Shown here: positions 12,172-25,991 of the stretch, in pieces
Position numbering within the stretch: the first letter of the stretch is position 1
Layout of the letters: each line of letters opens with the position of its first letter
Source: Eledone cirrhosa
Lineage: Eukaryota
Length of the DNA stretch: 64,000 nucleotides
Direction: 5' to 3'
Assembly: GCA_964016885.1 (NCBI GenBank)
Contig: OZ024740.1
Coordinates: 146,940,001-147,004,000, forward strand
The notes under the pieces: generated by a model
The model's database searches: none
Told to the model about the DNA's origin: nothing
Seen by the model: only the letters and a program-made list of their open reading frames with translations
Translations under genes and position numbers: made by a program

Positions 12172-13588
12172 TGAAATTGTCTGTGTGTATGTGTGTCCTA
12201 ATTTTTGCAAAGTCTATACAAATACACATTTCTACTTCGATTGACTTTAAACTTGCATTTATATATTCCTTGCGGTCTAAAGGTATTAACTGCAGCTTTT
12301 ATTTTTCAATTTTCTGTTGTTAAAGGGGTATTAGGGGCCGGTTAGCGATCTCTCTCTCTCTTTCTTAGCCTGTATTTTTAGATAGATACATAGCTATAAC
12401 GTCGCGCCCTTATAATATCTGTTTGTATGTCTAGCTGTCTGCATTACGACATTATGAAAACATTGTTATCATTGCTGACGTATTATCTTCGCTATTTTCC
12501 GTTCATTGCCAGGGAACATCTTCACGAACCAAAGTATCGTCTTCATGTTTTCCTTCGGTTCACAGATTGATTTTTTAGTTTCAAAAGATCCCGTTAAGGG
12601 TGGAAGCAGCGATTCTTTGCTTAAACTTTAATCTGTTATTTTAATATATATATATATATATATATAATTATATATTCGTGTACAGATAGTTTTGCATACA
12701 CAAAAACAAAATATAAACAAACGTATTTATTTCACGAAAGCACAGACGGCTTATCGTCATTGTTACTGCCGATATGCGACCCAAAAAGTCCCTCTACTTT
12801 TGGCACAAGGCCAGCAATTACATAGTCAATGGTTCGGAAATCACATGCATCTTTGACGAGTTTACTCCTTACTCTACCAGTTAGTCTTAGTGAACTTCGT
12901 CCTGCTTTTAGGTCATGCCTCGAAGGAAGAGATACTCCATTAGCCGAAATACTGCGAAAGCGGCAAGAAAAAGAACAAGGCAAGTAAACGAATCGTCAGT
13001 GGAATCTGCTATTCGACGGTCGCAAGATGCTGAACGTACTGCCACCAGAAGAGCACTTGAAACAGACAACCAACGAACCATTCGCCGAACCGTGTCAGCT
13101 TTGCAATGTCTATCAACAAATCCCTGGGTCAGACCCTAGCTGTTGCTGGTCTTCTTTTGGAAGTCATGTTTTTCACACGGGGAACTATACGTTGGCTGCT
13201 CAAGAGTGGGAAGCAAGACAAATCTCTTTGCATATGCCTGACACAGAAGAACAAGGAACATTGTGTACAAGCAGGTGCTACAATTATTGTTTAGGTAGAC
13301 GAGACAGAAGGGGATATACACGATTGGCGGAAGAAGGACGAGACTGTGTTAGTAGTACGACCAACGGCTGCTATCACACTAACAGCAGCAAAACAACAAC
13401 AAAAAAGAGAGAGAACGCAATTGCATGCTTTTGAAAAATCTTAATGGAAAATTATTTGCCTAAGCACAAAATGTAGAAACCATCCCCAGGCCGAGGTATT
13501 CCGTACTTCTCTGTACTGTTTCAGAAAGGAGGGATAAACATGCCAATCTATGGTTAGAAGCCGGAGCAACGCCGGGCCATTCTGCGAG
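12166..13588 (+). mobile_element. Internally deleted Helitron (RepHel N-terminus joined to helicase C-terminus)
   Basis: MPRRKRYSISRNTAKAARK... resembles Helitron N-termini. FAMSINKSLGQTL..GL.L then (frameshifted) FSHGELYVGCSRVG matches PIF1 helicase motifs V/VI. 3' end CCGGAGCAACGCCGG hairpin then CGAG|T (degenerate CTAG). The 5' end is hidden in (TA)n. Confidence 0.8.
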
Positions 13589-13599
13589 TATATATATAT

Positions 13600-14326
13600 A
13601 TATATGTGAAAAATATGGGGAGAAGAATACTGCATGGTTGCACATGGATTACATGTTATAAAATGAGTCCCTCATCAGTGATTTGCCAACGATCATTGGT
13701 ATTTCATCGCATTAAAAATCATATACCTCACGTTGGTGCGACAATAACTAAAATAAGTTATTAGGACAATGGAAACGCGTAAAGCGAGTGAGACAAGTAA
13801 ACAACACAGGGGAAAGCTAACCGAAGATAGAAAGAAACACAAGCAACATGGTTATCCTGTCAGTATAAGCTGGGTGAATACATGTGCGAGTAAGAAACAG
13901 ACCTTCTGCTAGTGAATCCGATGTAAGAAAGAAGGAAAATCGGGTTCGTAGCGGACGGGGCTAAGTGAGAAGGGGAGAAACAGAGAGTGAATGAGTGGAA
14001 GTGCGAGGAAGAGGTCAGTAGAGAGAAAGTGTTAACTGACATGACAGAGGGGACGAAAGAAAGTAAGAGAAACAGAGAGAACGAGGGAGCAGTAAGAGAG
14101 AAAGAGAGAAACACAGAATCGCAGTTTAGGTAAATATATGTGAAAAATATGGGGAGAAGAATACTGCATGGTTGCACATGGATTACATGTTATAAAATGA
14201 GTCCCTCATCAGTGATTTGCCAACGATCATTGGTATTTCATCGCATTAAAAATCATATACCTCACGTTGGTGCGACAATAACTAAAATAAGTTATTAGGA
14301 CAATTGAAACGCGTAAAGCGAGTGAG
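13600..14326. repeat. ~534-bp unit with ~190-bp direct terminal redundancy (1.35 copies)
   Basis: 13600-13792 is repeated almost exactly at 14134-14326; TA-flanked. Confidence 0.85.
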
Positions 14327-14386
14327 AAAAATATATATATAGTGACGAAACATAAGTCAATTGCATGAACACATAATCCTTTATTT

Positions 14387-14442
14387 ACTGCTATATATAT
14401 TTCGATGATAGCCATTGAATGGCTATGACCTCATCAGGCAGT
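14387..14442 (-). ncRNA. Type I hammerhead ribozyme motif
   Basis: Minus strand: ACTGC-CTGATGA-GGTCATAGCCATTCAATGGCTATCATC-GAAA-TATATA-TA-GCAGT. Confidence 0.8.
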
Positions 14443-14501
14443 TAGTCAGTTCTTAGATATGCCAGCTCTGTGTTTATAGTGTTGATGGTATCAGAGCCTT
14501 G

Positions 14502-14543
<42 letters not shown>

Positions 14544-14548
14544 GCACG

Positions 14549-14581
<33 letters not shown>

Positions 14582-14595
14582 GTATGTATGCATAT

Positions 14596-15121
14596 GTCAG
14601 GTCGCTCTCGAGTGCTACTGGTAACATGTAACCCAGTACAACCTGTCTCGTAGTTGGGTCGTGGGCGACTAAACTGGCAACCCAACCAAGCTTGCTTGGT
14701 GAGGGGAGTGATATTTGGACACCCTGCGGGATGAAATACAAGATCCGGCAAACCGCAGAGGAACTCAGCAGAGTCAACAGCCATCCAAATAGTACTTTTT
14801 TTTTTTACCTGGGAGTGAAAGGCCCCCAGTTGTTGTCACAACACCTTTCTAGGTGAGGGAAACTCTGAAAAAAAAAAAAAACCTGCGGCTTCGGAAGCAT
14901 CCGATGATGTTGACTTGTTCTCCTTTTCGGGTAGTGTTTTCGATGCTCAGAGAGTGGGATTGGTCGAGTGCAAGGCCTTTCCCCACTTAAAAAACCTACA
15001 AAGCACAGGCATTGCTTGTTCAGGATATGTTACAGGTTCGTGAGGCTGGCCATAGCCTAAAAGTGCACCAACCTCTATAATCTGACAAGCGATTGCAATA
15101 GTCTTAGCAGAGTTTACAGCC

Positions 15122-15123
<2 letters not shown>
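14596..15123 (+). mobile_element. Unclassified structured interspersed element; internally deleted copy on minus strand at about 36067-36501
   Basis: caggtcgctc.cgagtgctactggtaacatgtaacccagtacaacctgtctc and gagtgggattggtcgagtgcaaggcc are shared. Confidence 0.7.
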
Positions 15124-15186
<63 letters not shown>

Positions 15187-15251
15187 AAAAAAGATGAAAT
15201 CGAAAATGCAACTGGAGTCTTTTTTTTTTTAAATATATATATTTATTTGGT

Positions 15252-15291
15252 TACTTTACCGGTTTCGCAGTTCTTCTGCTTTTCAAAAGTA
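15252..15291 (-). ncRNA. Degenerate hammerhead motif
   Basis: Minus strand: TACTT-TTGAAAA (core decayed from CUGAAGA)-GCAG AAGAA CTGC-GAAA-CCGG-TA-AAGTA. Confidence 0.5.
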
Positions 15292-15310
15292 GAATTGAGA
15301 TGGAGGGTCT

Positions 15311-16160
15311 GTGGTTTTTCTCACATCTGGTTGGTCTTTGAATGTTACTTCTGTTTTATATGGAAAAAAGTGGCTCACGAAGGCTTTTTTTAAAATAAAT
15401 GTAATTTGATTCGTTATAAATGAAATTATGACTGTCACGTGAACAAGTAAGTACATAACATGCTAACCATCCAAACAGATGCATACATACACAGACACAT
15501 AACGCCTTCTACTTTAGAAAATAAAAATCAGAACTAAATAAACCTTAACATACGTTAATACTCTAACACCTTAACATGCCCCCCCCCCCCCCCCACACAC
15601 ACACATAACTCCCTCCCCCATTTCTACTAACGGAATCATTTTCCTACACACACACACACACACACACACATACACACACACACACACAATATATATTCTC
15701 TCCATCTTAACACGCTAACCATACTCCCACACACACATACATAGACACATAACACCCATACACACACACAACCCCCTCCCCCATTTTTACTAATAGAATC
15801 ATCTTCCTACACACACACAAGCACACAAATAAACATATATATCTCTACTTTCTTTATTTCAATAGAAAGTCTGAATTCTGACACCCCATCGCACCAGCCA
15901 TATTCACTGAACCAGAACAATTCTCCCCATCCAATTTTTCTTGACCATTATCTTTTGTTTGGCACAAAATTCTCTAAAAGGCTACAAAATAAATTCCCAA
16001 ATACGGGCGCGAAATTTAATGTACTTGTTCACGTGACAGTCATAATTTCATTTATAACCAATCAAATTACATTTATTTTAAAAAAAGCCTTCGTGAGCCA
16101 CTTTTTTCCATATAAAACAGAAGTAACATTCAAAGACCAACCAGATGTGAGAAAAACCAC
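15311..16160. repeat. Inverted repeat, about 138-bp arms (15311-15448 / 16022-16160), abutting a Penelope fragment
   Basis: gtggtttttctcacatctggttggtctttgaatg... versus ...cattcaaagaccaaccagatgtgagaaaaaccac. Confidence 0.9.
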
Positions 16161-16654
16161 AAGGCAAGTGCTTCCTTAAAATACCACACCTGGGCGAGAA
16201 TACCACCAACACTATCCGCAGGGTTATACGGAGAGAGGGCCTCGACATCCACCTGGCCCACTCGGGCCCCTCCCTGCGAAGATGCCTCTCCAGGAAACCC
16301 GGGAAATCGACTGACGCGTGTTCCTTCAGAAACTGTCCGATGCGCCATACGAACTGTTGCTTACGCACATACGTCGTGTATAAGGTAGAATGTGACAAGT
16401 GCAACCACTACTATATCGGTAGCACAATCCGGCCGCTACACATCCGGATCAAGGAGCACATCAACACCAGGGCCTCGTCTTTCCGGAAACACATAACCAA
16501 ATGCGGAAACAAAGTCGGAAGGCCCATTGTCACAGTGCTAGCGACAGAACGCAACGTCGGCACGTTACGAATCAAGGAAGCCCATTGGATCAAACGCCTA
16601 GGGCCACACATAAATAACCGATCCGAGAGAAGAGAAATGAGGTGGTTGGTATAA
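16161..16654 (+). mobile_element. Penelope-like element 3' fragment (linker plus GIY-YIG endonuclease)
   Basis: FLKIPHLGENTT..LAHSGPSLRRCLS; VVYKVECDKCNHYYIGSTIRPLHIRIKEH..LRIKEAHWIKRLGPHINNR. Relative of 1116-1877. Confidence 0.85.
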
Positions 16655-16669
16655 ACAAACGAGACAACA

Positions 16670-16787
<118 letters not shown>

Positions 16788-17164
16788 GCATTCGAACGAT
16801 TATTAGTGTGTGTGTAGCACCGCCACCATCCACCGACCAGTCAGAATACTACTTCCATACGAATATACTACACTGCTAGTACCTAAAACCAGCACAGATG
16901 AATAGTACAATGGATTGACAGCTAACGCCATCCCACTCCCATATTAAAAGAACTACTTCGACCGTCGACATCTGCTTGATCGCACTTATTCCGCGCGCAC
17001 GCTCTTTCCTACGTTCCTCTACACACTATACATCTCATTCTACATTCCCTTACATCTCTCTCTCTTCACCACCGGATCCTGTTACCCGGATAATTACCCA
17101 TCTGCATTGTTGAGGCTTCCAAAATGACCAAAAGAAAATAAATCATATATATATATATATATAT

Positions 17165-17465
17165 ATTTAATATAGAAAAGCATCTACAGGACTAGAACCG
17201 TTTCATTCGTGAGAAATCACCAGGAAGCTGACTGTCGAAGTAAATGTGGTGGTATTTATATATTTTCTGGTGGTAGGAGAGGGTGGTGATTGGGATGGGT
17301 GGAGGTCATTGGTTGATGGATTTAAAGAAAAGGGAGTTCATTAAAAGCTAATTCTTTAAAGCGATAATTTATATTAACAAAGGCAGAAAGAAAACTGTAA
17401 ACAGGTTCAAGTGTTGGGGTGCTTCCCCTTATTGTGAAGTTTCTCTTAATTTATATTCCAGGTGT
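17165..17465 (-). mobile_element. Hammerhead-bearing repeat, same family as 26300/28462/34586; core mutated
   Basis: Homologous to 26300-26610; the motif at 17179-17229 reads CTGGTGA instead of CTGATGA. Confidence 0.7.
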
Positions 17466-17552
17466 CAACAAGCACATTCACACACGCGCCCACTTACACA
17501 CGTACACGCAGACGCAGGCAGGCAGACACACAAACGACAAACATACATATAA

Positions 17553-18000
<448 letters not shown>

Positions 18001-18004
<4 letters not shown>

Positions 18005-20464
18005 CTCTTTTACTCTTTTACTCTTTTACCTGTTCGAGCCATCCAGCTGAGGCCATGCTGGGGCAACACATTTTCTCTCCAGCCTGTATTGGTTGGCCAT
18101 TGGTGCAACAGGGAGTTCGTTGTTGCTGCCCTTAGGTTTCCCTCGTGCCTTGCTGTGGGCTCATCCGAGATCCTCGATAGCAAGGTGTCGAGATGTTTCT
18201 TGAAGACATCCACATCCACACCATGCAGATCTCTCAGATCCCTCGGCAGCTTGTTGAAGAATTGAGGGCCCTTGAACCCCAGGCTATTGCAATATCTGCT
18301 CCCTATTCTAGATGTGGAAGACACACAGTGACGTCCTGTTCGACGGTTGGTCCAGCTCCCAATGCCAAAGTTTAGTGCTAGTCAATCCAGGATTTTCCAC
18401 ATGTAGATCACTGCGTATCTCTCCCGTCTTCGTTCCAAGGAGTAGAGGTTCAGTTCTTTTAGCCTCTCCCAGTAGCTTATCTCCTTCATCGTCGCAATCC
18501 TCTTAGTGTAGCTTCGCTCGATTGCCTCAAGTTCCGTGGTTAGTTTGACACTATGGGGTGACCACAACTGGGAGCAATAGTCCAGGAGGCTTAGGACAAA
18601 TGTCCTCCATAGTGTGAACATGGTGTCTCGGTCTCTTGGCCGGAAAGTCCTGAAGATCCAGCCAGCGAGTTGTCTGCACATTGTCGCCACTTTCATGATG
18701 TGTGAGGAAAAAGATGCATCATCGCTCATGTCTATATCCTGGTCTCGTATCGATTTTGACACGAGGATATCGGTCCCTCCTGGTCCGGCGTAACTGTGCT
18801 GTACTGTATTTGTGTTTGCAGGTTTGTATTGTAGGGCTTGGAATTTGCCAGCATTAAACTGCATGTTGTTGTCTTTCGCCCATTTGTATATGGCATCCAG
18901 ATCTTGTTGTAAAAGGGCAGCGTCAGTCGGGTTTTTGATTGCCTGTGCTACCTTAGTCTCATCAGCATAGCTAGTGAGGGATGTTGTTGTATGTACTACA
19001 GTGGGAATGTCTGAGAGAGCCACCAAAAACAGTAGTGGTCCCATGACTGTCCCTTGGGGCACCCCACTTGTTATTGATGTTTTCTTTGAGAGGGCCCCGT
19101 TTGCTGTGACTGTCTGGCTTCTGTCCTTTAAGAAGTCGTGTAGCCACTCACCCACTTTTCCAGTTATGCCGAGTCCGTCTAGTTTGTGACATATCATTCC
19201 GTGGTCGACCTTGTCAAAGGCCTTCACAAAGTCAAGATATCTCACGTCCACATGTGAGCTGTCTAGCAGTTGTTTCAGTGCCCATTCGTAGTGATGTAGC
19301 AGCTGTGTATGGAAGCTTCTTCCTGGGCGAAAGCCATGCTGCGTGCTAGTCAGACGGTCATTTTCCTCGAGGAAAGTGATAAGTTTCTTTCTGATGATTT
19401 GCTCCATGACCTTACTGATATGTGACGTCAGGGAGATTGGCCTATAATGTTTGGCCTCCACTCTGCTACCTCTTTTATGGATAGGCATATTGTGGCCTTC
19501 TTTCAGCTCCCTGGGTAGTATACCGCTAGCCAAGGAGCTTCTGAAGAGCGTCTTCAGTGGAGTTGCTAAGGCCCGCTTACATGTTTTTAAGAGGACTGCT
19601 GGGAATCCATCAGGTCCAGCAGCTGAGTCTGTTCTAATTTCATCTATGGCGTATACCACATCCTCCTCCGTTATGTCTATGTGGTTGATGGTCGCCATTT
19701 CTTCATGTAGTGTTGGGGCATCAAAGAACTCCTCTGGCTTTGTTATTTGCATGTGCCTCAGTGGACATGTGAACACACTTTTGTACTGTTCGTTCAGTAT
19801 TTCACTTATCTCTTGGGGATTCTCGGTTAATGAACCGTCTGAATGGAAGAGTGGCCCAATCTTGCAGTGTACCGAGGCAGTTTTTTTTGCAAATTTAAAG
19901 AAGGCATTAGGGTTTGTTTTAATATTTTTTATGGCCCTGCTTTCTTTCTTTACCCTCTCATTTTCATAGGAAAGTCTGAGTGCAATCTCGGTGTCAAGTA
20001 GTGCTTCTTGTTTTTGTTTTCTTGTTGTGCCTTCAACTGGTTTAGGAGCTTGGTTCTTCGTCTCATAAGGATTTTCCTATCTCTGGGAATAAGATTTTTG
20101 TGTCTGTTGGCCTTTTTCTCCGGGACAAACTTTTGGCATATAGTTTGTATCGTTGTCATGAAGTGTTGAAATTGTGTGTTGGTGTCTTGTATGGTGGTGT
20201 TTTCACTCCATATTTGCTCCGGATTTCTCGCTTGATCTTTTTCCAGTTAGCCTTGTAGAAGTTAAGGATGGATAACGTCCCGGTGCTTCTTGATGGTTTT
20301 GTCTCTGTTGGTTCTCTCGGACCACATATCATTAGTTCTACTAAGTTATGATCCGAGAGAATTGTTGGTGTCACCATTACATTGTGGATGAGCACTTCGT
20401 TGTTTGTAAAACAGAGGTCCAGGACATTTTCGCCTCTTGTTGGGAGGAGTATTGCTTGTTCCAT
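18001..20464 (-). mobile_element. CR1/L2-group LINE, 5'-truncated, decayed ORF2 (end of endonuclease plus RT)
   Basis: ORF 18382-19776: AAGPDGFP, YRPISLTS, QHGFRPGRS, YLDFVKAFDKVDH, SGVPQGTVMGPLLF, YADE(T). Upstream PTRGENVLDLCF..SDHNLV. (AAAAGAGT)n 3' tail at 18001-18028. Confidence 0.9.
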
Positions 20465-20546
20465 TTACAGCCTGTGTGTGAGGGCCATCAAGGACTCCGT
20501 CCGTCTTTCAATGTAATATCAAAACATTAATTTATTTACAAAGTGG

Positions 20547-20649
<103 letters not shown>

Positions 20650-20793
20650 GATACTTTGGGAAAGTCATATTGCCAATTAGAAACACACGCACCAGTTGCT
20701 TTCACTTCAATTTATAATAAATTTATAAATTTAGGAATTTATAAATTTCCGGTTGGTTGATTGGTTCCACAACCAGATGGTTGTTTATATATT

Positions 20794-20836
20794 GTCAAAG
20801 TTCTTTCGTCACACATTCTGTGACCTCTTCAGTGAC
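20794..20836 (-). ncRNA. Minimal hammerhead motif (mirror of 20891-20933)
   Basis: Reverse complement of the plus-strand copy. Confidence 0.65.
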
Positions 20837-20890
20837 TGGGCGTAGGACAGAACAAAGGAGAGGCACAAAAAACAAAGAAAAGAATCCCCA

Positions 20891-20933
20891 GTCACTGAAG
20901 AGGTCACAGAATGTGTGACGAAAGAACTTTGAC
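20891..20933 (+). ncRNA. Minimal type I hammerhead motif
   Basis: GTCA-CTGAAGA-G-GTCACA GAATG TGTGAC-GAAA-GAAC-TT-TGAC. One extra nucleotide before stem II; minimal stem III. Confidence 0.65.
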
Positions 20934-21161
20934 AATATATAAACAACCATCTGGTTGTGGAACCAACCAACCAACCGGAAATTTATAAATTCCTAAATTT
21001 ATAAATTTATTATAATAAATTGAAGTGAAAGCAACTGGTGCGTGTGTTTCTTATTGGCAACATGACCCTCCCAAAGTATAATAATATCGGTTTCAACACA
21101 CGTTTTCAGATAAAGAATCTTGTTAAACAAATTCAGAAACGAAATATATATATATATATAT

Positions 21162-21351
21162 ATTAGGAACCAGTAAGACCCCGACAGCTGAGCTAAAGCC
21201 GTTTCGACGGCTAATTCCAGAATTAGCCGTCGAAACGGCTTGAGCTCAGCTGTCGGGGGTCTTACTGGTTCCTAATACCCACTCTACTACCTCAAGTATT
21301 GAGTACTTTGGTGCGTTATGGTCCACCTGGTTCCTTACCACATTTCCTTCG

Positions 21352-21353
<2 letters not shown>
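21162..21353. repeat. Short TA-flanked element with hairpin 21162-21276 and a hammerhead 3' half; copies at 24827-25028 and 33100-33195
   Basis: GACGGCTAATTC..GAATTAGCCGTC-GAAA-CGGCTTGAGCTCAGCTG-TC; shared tail gagtactttggtgcgttatggtccacctggttccttaccacatttccttcgtta. Confidence 0.8.
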
Positions 21354-21412
<59 letters not shown>

Positions 21413-21423
21413 AATATATATAA

Positions 21424-21454
<31 letters not shown>

Positions 21455-21509
21455 CATAAGTATATATAAATATATATATATATATACATAAGTATATATA
21501 AATATATAT

Positions 21510-21982
<473 letters not shown>

Positions 21983-22024
21983 TATATAAATATAGTTATG
22001 TAATAAACAACATAAGATAATTAT

Positions 22025-22082
22025 TTCATTTACCAGTGGTTTCTTGAAAGCAGATATATCAGTTTTCAGTCGTCAGAATGAA
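22025..22082 (-). ncRNA. Type I hammerhead motif
   Basis: Minus strand: TTCATT-CTGACGA-C TGAAA..TTTCA A-GAAA-CCACTGG-TA-AATGAA. Confidence 0.75.
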
Positions 22083-22492
22083 TAAAACATGATGGTTTTA
22101 TTAAATATGGATTTGAAAACAAAATATAAGAAATATGAACGTGAGAGTGAGGAAACAACGAGCGAAACAACCCTTTACACATACACACCCACCACCTTTA
22201 TCCTTTACTCAGTTTCACTCTTTAACCAGATACTCTTATCCAGTTCTCATCGCAAACTTTTTACAACACTTTCTTCCCTTACCTATTCTTAATAATTGTG
22301 TTTATTTTTTCAATTTTACTCCCCTTTTGTCCTTACTTACCCAATAGGTTTTTATGTTCTCACATAGGGCTGTGTACGGGCGCATTTGCAGACAGGCTCA
22401 TGTGTACATACATCTTTAGTATTTTGATTATTTATTTGTACGTGTGTGTGTGTATGTGTGTATGTGTGTATGTATGTATGTGTGCGTGTATA

Positions 22493-22563
<71 letters not shown>

Positions 22564-22578
22564 ATATAATATATCTAT

Positions 22579-24360
22579 CTAAGGCGGGTAAAATTCCCGA
22601 GATCCATGGACGAGTTCTCTCCAGCGGTCTCTGTCCCTCATTATCGCTGCCATGTCCTGCGTCTCCAACAGACCAGTGTCTGACCTTAGGGCATCAACAT
22701 ACGTCAACCTTGGTCTTCCACTTCCAGTGTGTCCATGTAGGGGCTCCCAAAGGAGCACTGAGTGCAATGTCAACTCTGGATGTCGGTGAGCATGTCCAGC
22801 TAACCTCAGTCTCCTCTGTGTCACTTTTGAGCTGACTTTTGGGATGCTCCCATACAGCTCTGAGTTTTTCATCCTCAGTGTATACTGATTAATGTTCAGA
22901 GCCATCCTCAGCATTCTCGTGTAGCACCCATCCACCATCTGAGTGAGTTTCTTGGTTAGTGTCCAAGTCTCAGACCCATACAGCAGTACAGACTCCACTA
23001 CAGCAATGAAGAGGCGGATTTTCAGGTCTCTACGAAGGTCCGACTTCCACACCGATCTCAAGCTGTGGCACGCCGCCCAGGCCTTGCTCTTCCTCTCAAC
23101 CACATCATCTTCCGTATTCCCAATCTTTGCTCCCAAATACAAGAAGTCTTCAACCAATTCCAGTGGCTTCTCGTCTACATTAGTGATCCCCTCTGGCTTC
23201 TCAACATTCTCTACCAGATATTTTGTTTTAGTCTCATTAATTTTCAGCCCCACACTCATCGACACAGTCTCAACCTCCCGCATCAAATCCTCTGCCTCCT
23301 TCACTGTATTTGTCACCAAAACTATGTCGTCGGCAAATTCAGCATCCGATACCTTTTTCGCCCTAACTCTCCTTCTCTGAGCCGGTGCTACAGTAAAGCC
23401 AGAGTCCTGGTGTTTCTCCAGTGCAAGGCGCATACAATAGTCCACTACGATGATAAAAAGGTAGGGAGCCAATGTATCTCCCTGGAGCACTCCAGCCAGT
23501 ATCTCAAAGAACTCTGTCATCCCATCAGGTGTAATGACTTGGGCTTTGGTGTTGGTGTAGAGCAGTGATATCAGGTCCACTATCTTCTTGGGGATTCAAT
23601 AAGCCTGTAAAATCTTCATCAGGCAGTAACGGTCCACAGAATCAAAGGCCTTCCTAAAGTCAATGAAAACCATGACCGCAGGAAGGCACTTTGCTCTAGC
23701 TCCCTCTAATATCCTCCTCAGCATCAGGATGTGACTGGTGGTTGATCTATCCTCTCTAAAGCCGTTCTGGTTGTCCCTGAGCTTCTTCTCCATCTCAGGC
23801 TGGATCCTGTTAAGAATCATCCTGTTGAGGGTCTTTGCCACAAGTGACGTCAGTGAGATCCCCCGGTAGTTGTTGGTGTTAGAGAGATCTCCCTTCTTTG
23901 GCACTGGGACGATGTTACTGATCCTCCACTGATTCGGGGCAACTCCTTTCTCCAGTGCCCCGTTACAGAACCCCAGGATGATATCATCAAAATCACACCT
24001 CTTCATCACCTCTGATGCCACTCCATCTTCTCCATGAGCCTTGCCCTCCTTGATCCTCTTCTTGGCTCTCTGAAGCTCCTCTCTGGTGAAGGGCTCTGTC
24101 TCAACATCCAGTTCCTCAAACAGCCGCCTGATCTCCCCAGTGCTCTGGGCTGTGGAGGGTGGCTCTCCTAGTAGGGTCCTAAAATGGTCTAGCCATTTCC
24201 TCTTCCTATCCTCGGGCCCCGTTCCCTGGATCTGACTCGAACACCTTCTCTTCCTCCCTGTGATCTCGTTGATGATCATCCAGCTCTCCTTACATCCAGA
24301 TCTGTCAACCGCTCTCTCCACACTTCTGATCTTCTCTATCAGTGCCTCCTCTCTGACCTC
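22579..24360 (-). mobile_element. RTE/RTEX-like LINE, 5'-truncated RT, one frameshift near 23590
   Basis: NYRGISLTS, QNGFREDRST, FIDFRKAFDSV, GVLQGDTLAPYLF, FADD, DFLYLG, VLLYGSETWTL, RRLRLAGH, GRPRLTY. Confidence 0.9.
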
Positions 24361-24426
24361 ATAATATATGTTGATTTAAAACTGCACTATTCACAAGTGT
24401 GTTTTAACCTTCATATCATGTCTCCC

Positions 24427-24497
24427 TATTTTATCTGACGAAAACGCAAATGTTATTGCATGATGATATTTGTTTTTGAAATGCGCATAATAAAATA
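24427..24497 (+). ncRNA. Type I hammerhead motif
   Basis: TATTTTAT-CTGACGA-AAACGCAAATG..ATTTGTTTTT-GAAA-TGCGCA-TA-ATAAAATA. 8-bp stem I and palindromic stem III. Confidence 0.8.
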
Positions 24498-24753
24498 CAT
24501 GGAACTCTTTTAACCATCTGTTGATCTTATATATTATTTATACTCCAGTCCTACAAACTGTAGAGTGCTTCTTATCTGCATACCATAATTTAATATGGTA
24601 TCCCTGAAATATGTATAATGAAATAAATAAGGTTTTATAAATATAGTTTCCATTTATTAATATCGTATATCTACTCCAAAAACTTGTCGAGTGCTTAATA
24701 TCAGTTATAAAAATATTTACTTGTTGTATCCTAACAACTTTAAATAGAACTTT

Positions 24754-24831
<78 letters not shown>

Positions 24832-25144
24832 AACGAGTCAAACCGCGACGGCTGAGCTCAAGCCGTTTCGACGGCTAATTCTGGACTAAAATCAGAATTA
24901 GCCGTCGAAACGGCTTGAGCTCAGCCGTCCGGGTTTTACTCGTTCCTATTACCCACTCTACTACCCTAAGTATTGAGTACTTTGGTGCGTTATGGTCCAC
25001 CTGGTTCCTTACCACATTTCCTTCGTTATATATATATATATATAAATGTATATATATATATATATATTTATATATATGTATATATATATATGTATATATG
25101 TATGTGTACGTATGTATGTGTGTGTGTATGTATGTGTGTATATA

Positions 25145-25192
<48 letters not shown>

Positions 25193-25209
25193 TATACACA
25201 CATACATAC

Positions 25210-25328
<119 letters not shown>

Positions 25329-25653
25329 AATGCGTGTGTATGTATTTGTGTGTATATGTGTTTATATATATATGTATGTGTGTATGTGTTTGTATGTGTA
25401 TATATAAATTTATGTGTGTGAGTTTATTTATGTTTATATTATACTTACATATGGTTCTATGTATGTGTTTACATATATAGTTGTGTGTATGTGGTTGTAT
25501 ATATGGTTTTGTTTTTGTCTGTATAGTCTTACGTATGGTTTTGTATGCGTGTGTATGTGTATATGTATTTTTGCACGCATGTTTATGTATATGTGGATAT
25601 GTACGTATGTTTATTTTTATATTTTTGTCTATATATATATATATATATATATA

Positions 25654-25991
25654 TACAATATTAAATAAATGGAAACTATATTTATAAAACCATATTTATT
25701 TCATTATATATATTTCAGGGATATCATATTAACAATATGCTATGCCTTCCTCAGACAAAATACAATATAAACAGTTTTATAGATAAATAGATTCGACATA
25801 CCGTAACATCTACTTGCATTCTCAAATGCAAGTAGATGTTACGGTATATCGAATCTATTTATCTATAAAACTGTTTATATTGTATTTTGTCTGAGGAAGG
25901 CATAGCATATTGTTAATATGATATCCCTGAAATATATATAATGAAATAAATATGGTTTTATAAATATAGTTTCCATTTATTTAATATTGTA
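25654..25991. repeat. Near-perfect palindrome, about 167-bp arms with a 4-nt loop
   Basis: Centre reads catctacttgcatt-ctca-aatgcaagtagatg. Confidence 0.9.

Noticed and set aside
19451-19969. Plus-strand ORFs over LINEs (also 22943-23568)
   Set aside because: Antisense shadows of reverse transcriptase coding sequence.
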